A stretch of 18,100 nucleotides of DNA from an uncultured Eubacteriales bacterium (GCA_964520895.1 CAZFOR010000023.1:1-18100), one strand, 5' to 3'. Shown: positions 9,201 through 16,979, numbered from the stretch's first letter. Notes: generated from the sequence alone by a model not told the origin. Numbers and translations are program-made.

Positions 9201-10889
9201 CTAACTAATAACAGTCTTGACTTCCGTAATAGTATTAAAGTCAATTGTGTCATCAATTAAATCTTCTACCCAAGAATACTGATGTGTCGCAAGCATTACG
9301 AAACGCTGTTTGTCTGAGTTACAATAATCTTTTATGAATTTAACTATTTTAACTCCTGTTTCTCTATCAACGTTTCCAATTGGCTCATCAAATAGAAGTA
9401 AATCAACAGATTCATCTAATTGATAAAGCACCCTTGCCAGCAGTACCCTTTGGTCTAAACCAGTACTCAAATCAGTTTTATACGAATTTTTTAAATAACT
9501 AATTAAGTCCTGATTGCTTGTATTTGCCTTCATTGAAAAATTTTCGTAAAGACAAACACCTTTTAAAATATCAACTAACTTTTCTTCATCCTCCTCTGTT
9601 GCTAGTGTAATTTCATCGTAGAGGCTTTTTGTACCTAATCTAGCCTCTTTGAAATACTTTATGGCAGAAATGTTATACCCAATATCTCCTATTTCTCCAA
9701 CAAGTAAATCTATTAATGTCGACTTTCCTGCACCACTTTTACCATTAAGAAGAGTTAAGTTACCTTTTTTAATAGTAATTTCTTTGCTATTTTCTAAAGA
9801 AAAATTCGAGTATTTATGCTCAAACTTACTGATAACTAATGTGTCATCTTTTATTTCCTTTAATCTTTTCTCCACTTCATCATTGTATTCATTCATAATA
9901 AGTGAAAAGTTTACATACTTCTCATCTAATTCTATCTTTGACTTTACCAAATTAGAAAATAATTTTATGAATGAACTAACACTTGATAACACTCTACTAT
10001 ATATAGTAGAAATTGCAACTATGGACAAAAACTCGCCTGGTGTAAATTGACCAATACCTTTCTCAAAAAATGAAATTAATACCACTGCTATGATACTAAT
10101 TGATAGCATCATAGATTCAATAAAATTATTTTTTGAGTGTGCCTTAAAGAACTTAAAATTGATAATTAGAAAACGCTTATTTGAGCTACAGAAATTTTCA
10201 GCCATATAATTTTGATGTACATTGTTTATAGGTTCAATTTGCAATAAATCTTGTGTCGCATTGTTCAAAATAGTTCTTTCATTTTCCCTTTCTTTAGAGG
10301 TTTTACTAGCCTTTTTACAATTATCGTATGATAGCATTATAGTCATTAAAACACAAATGACAATAACAATAAATAGCAATGAAGAATTTTCTACTTTACT
10401 AATTGATACTTTCATTAAGCCAATAAAAGATATACAAAATACAATTGCATTAATAATAAAATTTAAAATTCCAATTATCATTTTGTAGTAATCCTCCAAA
10501 TAGACTTTTAGCACATTAAGTATATTTGCTGTACTAAAAACTATTCCGTCTTTATCCTTTACTTTTCTTCTTGTCTTTGATAAAACTCTTATTGCCTTAC
10601 TATTAATGTCATTATCTTTTTCAATTCCTGATTTATTTGCTAGTTTTTCAGTTGATAAAGATAAAAAATCAGTAATAACATCCTGAAGTAAATACACTCC
10701 AAACAAGATTAGACCCAAAATAACATTTCCTGCATTTATTTGCTCAGTTGCTCCATTTAGCAAAAAAACAAACAACTGCCTAACTAATGATGATAAACCT
10801 CCTAATACTAATAAAATAAGTTGATACTTTTTTAACTCTCTTGACATTTTCAAAACGTCATCTTTGCCGGCCGAGAAAAACTTTCTCAT
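9201..10889 (-). CDS. ABC transporter, fused permease/ATP-binding protein with a degenerate signature motif
   Basis: 562 aa; N-terminal multi-TM domain, Walker A LLNGKSGAGKST, signature region LSTGLDQRVLLARVL, Walker B VDLLLFDEP, H-loop ATHQ. Preceded by AAAGGAGG. Confidence 0.88.
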   Translation of the reverse strand: MRKFFSAGKDDVLKMSRELKKYQLILLVLGGLSSLVRQLFVFLLNGATEQINAGNVILGLILFGVYLLQDVITDFLSLSTEKLANKSGIEKDNDINSKAIRVLSKTRRKVKDKDGIVFSTANILNVLKVYLEDYYKMIIGILNFIINAIVFCISFIGLMKVSISKVENSSLLFIVIVICVLMTIMLSYDNCKKASKTSKERENERTILNNATQDLLQIEPINNVHQNYMAENFCSSNKRFLIINFKFFKAHSKNNFIESMMLSISIIAVVLISFFEKGIGQFTPGEFLSIVAISTIYSRVLSSVSSFIKLFSNLVKSKIELDEKYVNFSLIMNEYNDEVEKRLKEIKDDTLVISKFEHKYSNFSLENSKEITIKKGNLTLLNGKSGAGKSTLIDLLVGEIGDIGYNISAIKYFKEARLGTKSLYDEITLATEEDEEKLVDILKGVCLYENFSMKANTSNQDLISYLKNSYKTDLSTGLDQRVLLARVLYQLDESVDLLLFDEPIGNVDRETGVKIVKFIKDYCNSDKQRFVMLATHQYSWVEDLIDDTIDFNTITEVKTVIS

Positions 10890-10926
10890 TTAAATGCCTC
10901 CTTTAAAATTATTTGTTTACATAATT

Positions 10927-10955
10927 ATTGTATCATTTATTTATAGCTTTTGCAA
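10927..10955 (-). promoter_or_regulatory. Promoter of the ABC transporter gene
   Basis: Minus strand TTGCAA (10955-10950), 17 nt, TACAAT (10932-10927). Confidence 0.6.
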
Positions 10956-10988
10956 TTATATGGTCACTATTTTAGTATAAGTAGTCAA

Positions 10989-11041
10989 AAAAAATAGACA
11001 AAAGTACAAATCATACTTTCATCTATTTGATATTATTATAT
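10989..11041 (-). terminator. Rho-independent terminator downstream of the DUF4143 ATPase gene; copy A of a 53-nt repeat
   Basis: Hairpin 10994..11026 (arms ATAGATGAAAGTAT / GTACTTTTGTCTAT on the minus strand) followed by a T-run. Identical to 12388..12440 except one base. Confidence 0.75.
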
Positions 11042-11047
11042 ATTCAC

Positions 11048-12266
11048 CTAGTTATTAGTAAAAAGATTATCTTCTAATAAAAAATCAATAATATTTTTAT
11101 GAATAATCCCATTTTGGCTATAATTTATTTTATCCATTGTTATAACATATTTAGGATAATTATCATCTATTCCGCTTGTATGCTCCAAACTCTCTTTTAA
11201 TTACATCATCACTAGATAAGTAATCTGCAACTTGTATATATATCCTTTCACCAAAATTATCTATTATAAAATCTATTTCTCCTTTATCTGTCTTACCTAT
11301 ATATACTTCATATCCTCTAGCTATTAATTCATTATATACTATATTTTCTAATCTTCCTCCTGTTTTTTTCTCAACTGGAGATTTTTTTAATTGTAACAAA
11401 CCTAAATCTGTTAAATAATATTTTTCTAATGTAGCCATTACATTCTTTCCACGTATATCATATCTATTTACTTTATTTATGATAAGAGAATTATTTATAT
11501 ATCCAATATAATTTAAAATTGTATCTGCAGTAGTTGATATTTTTTCACTTTTTAAATATTTTGTTATTGAATTAGCAGAAATAACACCACCTATATTTTC
11601 CATAATAAACTGTATTATTCTATTTAAAAGGTTTATATCTTTTATTTTACTTCTTTCAACTATATCAACTAAGATTATTGTATTATATAAATCTTTTAAG
11701 TATAATTTTCTTTCTTGATTACTTTGTGTATTAAATATTTGTGGCATTCCACCCCACTGAATATATTCTAAAAACTCCTTATCTTTATCTAACAATTCCC
11801 CTTTTTCTTTTTCTAATTCTAAAAACTCCTTAAAAGTAAATGGCATCATTTTAATACTAATATATCTGCCAGATAAATGTGTTGCAAGTTCTCCTGATAA
11901 TAATTTACTATTAGAACCAGTAATAAATATACTTGCATTTAATGTAGCCCTAAATGAATTTACTACTTTTTCAAATTCATTTACATTTTGTATTTCATCA
12001 AAAAATAAATAGTATTTTTTTTCATCTTTTATAAGTGATTTAATGTAACTATGAAATTTCTTTGGCTCAGTATAATCTATATAATCATAATCTTCAAAAT
12101 TGATATAAATTATATGACTATCTTGTATTCCTTTCTCTTTTAATTCATTAATTATTTGATTTAATAAAACTGATTTTCCTGAACGCCTTACTCCTACGAT
12201 TACTTTAATTAACTCACTATCAAAAAACGGTCTTATTTTACTTAAATACATTTCTCTCTTAATCAT
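11048..12266 (-). CDS. AAA ATPase with C-terminal DUF4143 (nuclease-like) domain, full length only with a +1 shift at CGG (11174-11172)
   Basis: VIVGVRRSGKSVLLNQII, YYLFFDEIQNV, FITGSNSKLLSGELATHLSGRY. ATG 12266 has an AAAGGAG RBS. 0-frame ends ..REFGAYK-RNR* at 11163. Skipping C at 11174 gives ..REFGAYK-GIDDNYPKYVITMDKINYSQNGIIHKNIIDFLLEDNLFTNN*, a typical DUF4143 C-terminus, with stop TAG at 11048-11050. Confidence 0.85.
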
Positions 12267-12387
12267 ACTATTCAGCTCCTTTAATATATAATAACATATA
12301 TTATATATTATGTCAAACTTTTTCCATTTATACTCGAAAAATTTTTGGTTTTTTATTTTTTTTCGAGTTAGTAAATATTTCGTGTGT

Positions 12388-12440
12388 AAAAAATAGACAA
12401 AAGTATAAATCATACTTTCATCTATTTGATATTATTATAT
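12388..12440 (-). terminator. Rho-independent terminator downstream of the murL-like gene; copy B of the 53-nt repeat
   Basis: Hairpin 12393..12425 followed on the minus strand by TTTTTT; 52/53 identical to 10989..11041. Confidence 0.75.
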
Positions 12441-12451
12441 CCATATTTAGC

Positions 12452-13840
12452 CTATCTATGCATCGTATATTTCTTTTTTAATACTTCTAAATAAATATCA
12501 GGTACTAAGTTTTCATTATTAAAATATGTATCATAATTTTCATTTACAACATAATTTTGTATATAATCATAATATTTAGAAACTAATATTGGTAAAGCTT
12601 TTATATCATTACTACTTATATATTTTTTAAGTGCATAAATAATCTCATCTTTTGTTCCAACACATTCAAAAGGTTTTTCTATTTCTAGCCCTATTAATTT
12701 TCTAAACTCTAATTCTAATTGTATATCCTCTAACATATTTTTATTAAATATTTCATTTAATTTATCTTTTTGTAAAAATGGTGAAAGTAAAATATATACA
12801 AATACACATTTCGGACATTTCCCACACCAAATATTTTGCTTTATACCTGCATTACAACTTCTAAATATATTTAAATATTTATCATATTTTACTAATTGTT
12901 TTGTGATTTGATACTCACTAATTGGTCTTAATAAACTAAAATATTTAATTTTATCAGTAAAATATTTACTAGTATAATCATTAAAGTCTTGTTCAAATTC
13001 AAAACTTTTTGAATATTGATGGTTTATATTTGTACCTTCAATATTTCCTTCATTACTACTAGATTCATTTGATAAAACAATATATTCTTTACCAAGCAAT
13101 ATTGCTGATAAAAAACTTACAAAAGCTATCATACTAGATATTGGAACATGACCATTTATATATCCTTTTTCATTTAACTCAAATAACTTAGTATCTAAAT
13201 TTCTATCTACCTCAAATGTATCTTTCTCATCAAATCCAGCTACTTTGCATGTATCATATGATGCCTGTCTTTTATGATAAAACATAAACGGAGTGTTTTC
13301 ATATTGTTTTAATAATTCTAATGTAACAATACTATCTTTTCCACCACCTATTGGTATTAAGTTTCCGTTATATTCATATTTATTAAAATCAATATTATTG
13401 AAGCTGCCTTTTAACTCTTTATTTGATATTATTGATATAAAATCATCTATTTCTATATGTTCAAATCCATTTAAATATCTTAATTCACCTAATCCGTTAT
13501 ATATAAGTTTTTGCCACCATTTTGTTTGATAATCATCTAAATATCCACATTCAACATTAAATACCTTGCTACATGTTGTTTTATAGTAACTTATTGCCTC
13601 TGCAATTCCTATATTAAAAATACACATCTTAGATATATCTGAATATATATCAACCATAAAACCTTTTTGTATTTTGTTAATATATATTTTATTATTAAAT
13701 TCAATTTTATTATCCAATGAATATATAAATACTATTTCATATTTATTATCTAACTCGTTAATTATATAGTCTTTATATATAAACTCTTTATATTCACTTC
13801 TTAAATTATTAAACTTTTCTAAATTATTTATTTTATCCAT
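12452..13840 (-). CDS. murL: UDP-N-acetyl-alpha-D-muramoyl-L-alanyl-L-glutamate epimerase-like protein (MurL family)
   Basis: IPIGGGKDSIVTLELL, LSNESSSNEGNIEGTNINHQYSKSFEFEQDF, FRSCNAGIKQNIWCGKCPKCVFVYILLSPF, as recalled for MurL. ATG 13840 with GAAAGGA RBS is preferred to the upstream TTG at 13855. Confidence 0.75.
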   Translation of the reverse strand: MDKINNLEKFNNLRSEYKEFIYKDYIINELDNKYEIVFIYSLDNKIEFNNKIYINKIQKGFMVDIYSDISKMCIFNIGIAEAISYYKTTCSKVFNVECGYLDDYQTKWWQKLIYNGLGELRYLNGFEHIEIDDFISIISNKELKGSFNNIDFNKYEYNGNLIPIGGGKDSIVTLELLKQYENTPFMFYHKRQASYDTCKVAGFDEKDTFEVDRNLDTKLFELNEKGYINGHVPISSMIAFVSFLSAILLGKEYIVLSNESSSNEGNIEGTNINHQYSKSFEFEQDFNDYTSKYFTDKIKYFSLLRPISEYQITKQLVKYDKYLNIFRSCNAGIKQNIWCGKCPKCVFVYILLSPFLQKDKLNEIFNKNMLEDIQLELEFRKLIGLEIEKPFECVGTKDEIIYALKKYISSNDIKALPILVSKYYDYIQNYVVNENYDTYFNNENLVPDIYLEVLKKKYTMHR

Positions 13841-13917
13841 AATATATCCTTTCAATTATATATAATATATATTTATTTTCTATTTAATATATTATCACAA
13901 AAAAATACTAAAGTACA

Positions 13918-13957
13918 ATAAAAAAGAGAATTTTAATAAAATCAAATTCTCTTTTCA
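13918..13957 (-). terminator. Rho-independent terminator of the spoIIA operon
   Basis: Minus strand AAAAGAGAATTT ... AAAATTCTCTTTTTT immediately downstream of the sigF stop at 13963. Confidence 0.75.
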
Positions 13958-13962
13958 GGTTA

Positions 13963-14676
13963 CTATATTTTTTGTTTAAAATCTTCTAATATTTTTTTTT
14001 CTATTCTACTAACTTGTACTTGAGATATTCCTAGAATCTTGCTTATCTCAGTTTGAGTTTTCTGCCTATAATATCTAAGCAATATTATTTGTTTATCTCT
14101 ATCATTCAAATTATTTATCATATTTTTAACTAAAATAGTATTTGTAGACACTTCTTGTTCATCAATATTTGTTGATAACATATCTAAAACAGTATTATTA
14201 TCCTCATCATTACCTATTGTATTTTCAATATATTCAGGCTTATAGTTGCATTCCATAGCTTCTATTATATCATCAATAGGAACTTCTAATTGTTTTGATA
14301 ATTCACTAATTGTAATTTCTTTACCATATTGATTCAAATACCTTTGTTTACAATCATATATTTTATAACTTAATTCTTTTATACTTCTACTGACTTTAAT
14401 AATTCCGTCATCTCGTATAAACCTTTTTATTTCTCCCATTATAACTGGAACTAAATAGGTTGATAATTTAGTATTAAAATCAAAATTAAAATTTCTTATA
14501 CCTTTTATAAACCCTTCACAACCTATTTGAAACAAATCTTCTTTTTCATAATCTCTATTACTAAATTTTTTTACTATATTCCATACTAATTTTATATTTT
14601 CATCTAATAGTTTTGACATTGCTTCTTTATTTCCATTTTGTGCTTTTAGAATAGTCAATCTTAAATCTCTAGTCAT
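13963..14676 (-). CDS. sigF: RNA polymerase sporulation sigma factor SigF (SpoIIAC)
   Basis: 237 aa sigma-70 family; NIKLVWNIVKKFSNRDYEKEDLFQIGCEGFIKGIRNFN, HTH TQTEISKILGISQVQVSRIEKKIL; third gene after the SpoIIAA and SpoIIAB homologues. Confidence 0.93.
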   Translation of the reverse strand: MTRDLRLTILKAQNGNKEAMSKLLDENIKLVWNIVKKFSNRDYEKEDLFQIGCEGFIKGIRNFNFDFNTKLSTYLVPVIMGEIKRFIRDDGIIKVSRSIKELSYKIYDCKQRYLNQYGKEITISELSKQLEVPIDDIIEAMECNYKPEYIENTIGNDEDNNTVLDMLSTNIDEQEVSTNTILVKNMINNLNDRDKQIILLRYYRQKTQTEISKILGISQVQVSRIEKKILEDFKQKI

Positions 14677-14720
14677 GCCAAAATCTCCTCTTTTGTAAAA
14701 TTTATTTAATTAAATATGTA

Positions 14721-15146
14721 TTACTCTTTTTGTGATATTTTCTTTTTCATAATTACTTTTGTACCTAGTTTTAAATTAGATTCAATTTCTAATTCATCCA
14801 TAAAGCTCTCCATTATTGTAAATCCCATACCAGATCTTTCTAAGTCAGGTTTTGATGTGTATAATGCTTGTCTTGCTAAATTAATATTTTCAATTCCTTT
14901 ACCTTTATCTGATATTTCAATTTCAATTGTTTTATCAATTATTTTACATACAATAGTTATAACACCTTCCATGTTTTCATATCCATGTATTATTGAGTTT
15001 GTTACAGCTTCTGATACAGCAGTTTTTATATCAGCCATTTGATCAATAGTAGGATCTAATTGTGCTGCAAATGCTGAAACTGCAATTCTTGCAAATGATT
15101 CATTATTTGATTTACTTAAAAATTCTAGTTTCATTATATTTTCCAT
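14721..15146 (-). CDS. spoIIAB: Anti-sigma F factor SpoIIAB
   Basis: 141 aa; [89 protein letters not shown]. Confidence 0.95.
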   Translation of the reverse strand: MENIMKLEFLSKSNNESFARIAVSAFAAQLDPTIDQMADIKTAVSEAVTNSIIHGYENMEGVITIVCKIIDKTIEIEISDKGKGIENINLARQALYTSKPDLERSGMGFTIMESFMDELEIESNLKLGTKVIMKKKISQKE

Positions 15147-15148
15147 TT

Positions 15149-15494
15149 TTACCCCCTTACACTGCTTAATATTGCATCATCTTCGTTTTGATATAAATCA
15201 ATAATCTTAAATATACCTGACATTTCAAATATTCTTTTAACATTATCATTAACATTTATCAAACATAACTTACCATTGTTTCTAATTATATTTTTATATC
15301 TCCCGAAGTATCATTCCTATTCCTGAACTATCCATAAATTCCACTTGTTGTAAATCAAAGATTAATTTCTTAGGTTTGTATTTATTAATTTCAAAATCAC
15401 TCCTTCTTTTAATATACTCACAACTATGATGATCAATGTCATCTAACAACTTAATTATAATTATATTACTAGCCTTGTCCATTTTTATTTCCAT
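15149..15494 (-). CDS. spoIIAA: Anti-sigma F factor antagonist SpoIIAA (STAS domain), full length only with a +1 shift at CGG (15305-15303)
   Basis: 0-frame ORF 15294..15494 ends ..[16 protein letters not shown]. Skipping C at 15305 gives ..[54 protein letters not shown] (114 aa, stop 15149-15151), matching the canonical SpoIIAA C-terminus (..DSSGxGVILGRYK..VxRxFxMSGLxKI..). RBS GAGAGGGGG. Confidence 0.92.
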
Positions 15495-15578
15495 GCTTTT
15501 CCCCCTCTCTCATACATACTAAATACAATCTTTCTATATCTATTCCTTCATAGAAAAATGTTATATTTTGTAATAAAT

Positions 15579-15608
15579 ATGACATAATATGATAAATAAT
15601 TATGTCAT
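15579..15608. repeat. Perfect 10-bp inverted repeat upstream of spoIIAA (possible operator)
   Basis: atgacataat (15579-15588) - 10 nt - attatgtcat (15599-15608). Confidence 0.5.
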
Positions 15609-15709
15609 TCAAGATATTTCTATTTGGTTCCACAAAACTGATAATTATGGTACTTTATATTTAAATTTAAAAAATATTTAAGAAAATTAAATCAATTTTA
15701 TATTAAAAC

Positions 15710-15738
15710 TTGTATTTATTTTTTATTTATGCTAAAAT
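15710..15738 (+). promoter_or_regulatory. Promoter of rpmB
   Basis: TTGTAT (15710-15715), 17 nt, TAAAAT (15733-15738); RBS aaggaggtg before ATG 15777. Confidence 0.55.
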
Positions 15739-15776
15739 AGTATGGCAATGTTAAAAAAAACTAAGGAGGTGCTATT

Positions 15777-15962
15777 ATGGCAAAATGTGAAGTATGTGGA
15801 AAAGGTAAAGTGTTTTTTAAACAAGTAAGTCATTCACATAAAATATCAAGCAAAGCTTGGAAACCAAATTTAAGAACTGTTAAAACTTTAGTAAATGGAG
15901 AAAACAAAAAAATAACTATGTGTGCTAAATGTTTAAGAACAAGTAAATTACAAAAAAACTAA
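15777..15962 (+). CDS. rpmB: 50S ribosomal protein L28
   Basis: 61 aa; MAKCEVCGKGKVFFKQVSHSHKISSKAWKPNLRTVKTLVNGENKKITMCAKCLRTSKLQKN; CxxC zinc-ribbon form. Confidence 0.97.
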   Translation: MAKCEVCGKGKVFFKQVSHSHKISSKAWKPNLRTVKTLVNGENKKITMCAKCLRTSKLQKN

Positions 15963-15970
15963 TAAAATTT

Positions 15971-15994
15971 ACACCTTAATTGGTGTTTTTTTTA
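15971..15994 (+). terminator. Rho-independent terminator of rpmB
   Basis: ACACC-ttaatt-GGTGT followed by TTTTTTTT. Confidence 0.75.
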
Positions 15995-16011
15995 TTTATA
16001 TTGAAAGACAC

Positions 16012-16053
16012 AAAAAAACAGAAGATAAATTCTCTTAAAATCTTCTGTTTTTT
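16012..16053 (-). terminator. Terminator downstream of the anti-sigma-like ATPase gene
   Basis: aaaaaaacagaagat ... atcttctgtttttt, symmetric hairpin with A/T tracts on both sides (potentially bidirectional). Confidence 0.7.
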
Positions 16054-16057
16054 ATTG

Positions 16058-16474
16058 TTATATTAAATTAATTTCTACATCAATAGTAGTTCCTACACCT
16101 ATTTCTGATGCAATATTTAATGTATCACTATTATCTTGTATAACACTAAGACCTCTTCCAAGCCCATATCCCTTTTCTTTCATTTCATTATTTGCAGTTG
16201 TAAATCCTTCTTCAAAAGCAAGTCCTATATTTTCAATTCCAGGTCCTTTGTCTCTAAATCTTGCTTTTAATATATTATCATATATATTAATTTCTATTTC
16301 ACCTGAATCTGCATAAAGTTTAATATTTTTTTCAGCTTCATATACTACTTTTTCAATTTTTTCTAATACATCTGTTTTAATATTATATTCTTTAATATTA
16401 TCCATTAGGTCTTTTGTTATATCTCCAATTTTTGTATCTTTTGTTATTTGCTTATATATGTAAATCTTATCCAT
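16058..16474 (-). CDS. Anti-sigma regulatory factor-like ATP-binding protein (HATPase_c; RsbT/SpoIIAB-like)
   Basis: VVYEAEKNIKLYADSGEIEINIYDNILKARFRDKGPGIENIGLAFEEGFTT ... GYGLGRGLSVIQDNSD. ATG 16474 preceded by AAAGGATGG; the longer ORF start at 16504 is less likely. Confidence 0.8.
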   Translation of the reverse strand: MDKIYIYKQITKDTKIGDITKDLMDNIKEYNIKTDVLEKIEKVVYEAEKNIKLYADSGEIEINIYDNILKARFRDKGPGIENIGLAFEEGFTTANNEMKEKGYGLGRGLSVIQDNSDTLNIASEIGVGTTIDVEINLI

Positions 16475-16512
16475 AACCATCCTTTCAATATATATTTTAT
16501 TCATGTATATGT

Positions 16513-16541
16513 ATTATATCACTTTTTTAAAAAAATGTATA
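16513..16541 (-). promoter_or_regulatory. Promoter of the anti-sigma-like ATPase gene
   Basis: Minus strand TATACA (16541-16536), 17 nt, TATAAT (16518-16513) with TG extension. Confidence 0.55.
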
Positions 16542-16568
16542 GACATATTTTTTTTGCTATGCTATACT
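16540..16568 (+). promoter_or_regulatory. Promoter of the tandem membrane-protein genes
   Basis: TAGACA (16540-16545), 17 nt, TATACT (16563-16568); RBS agaaaggag before ATG 16592. Confidence 0.55.
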
Positions 16569-16591
16569 GTTTCAGAAAGGAGTGGTAAAAA

Positions 16592-16978
16592 ATGTTTTCA
16601 AAAAATATTAGAACCATTTATTTGTACTTAATATGTCTTATAACTTTATTCATGGTAATTGGAGGATTAATTTCTACAATATATAATGTTACAGAATATA
16701 TTTTTCCAAACAATTATTATAGAAGTTATGGTTATGACTATATCGATTCAAAAGAATTCGAAAATGAACCAGTATCTGCCCAGGAATATGAAGAATATAT
16801 TAAAATGCAGGAAATAGATAGACTTAGAGATGAACAAAATAATAAAAGACAAGATTTAAAAAATATAATATATTCTGCTACAATATGTATTGTTGCTCTT
16901 CCAGTATATTTATATAACTGGAGAAAAATTGAAAAAGAAAGAACTGAACTAAAAGAAACTGAAAGTGCAGGTGAATAA
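16592..16978 (+). CDS. Small membrane protein (two TM segments, DUF5671-like pattern)
   Basis: 128 aa; KNIRTIYLYLICLITLFMVIGGLISTIYNVTEYIFP ... YSATICIVALPVYLYNWRKIEKE. Confidence 0.7.
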   Translation: MFSKNIRTIYLYLICLITLFMVIGGLISTIYNVTEYIFPNNYYRSYGYDYIDSKEFENEPVSAQEYEEYIKMQEIDRLRDEQNNKRQDLKNIIYSATICIVALPVYLYNWRKIEKERTELKETESAGE

Positions 16979-16979
16979 T

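Noticed and set aside
12267-12387. AT-rich palindromic tract (aatatataataacatatattatatatt) upstream of the DUF4143 gene as a regulatory element
   Set aside because: Such tracts are expected by chance in this extreme AT composition; not separable from background without comparison.
15294-15305. Reassignment of CGG to a different amino acid in a normal triplet frame
   Set aside because: Substituting any amino acid at CGG leaves the non-homologous 0-frame tails and early stops in all three genes. Only a frame change restores the products.
15149-15494. spoIIAA as a simple pseudogene or a random assembly indel
   Set aside because: Downstream spoIIAB and sigF are intact, and two other unrelated genes show the identical lesion (one C forming an in-frame CGG). 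Random error remains possible but unlikely; raw reads are needed.
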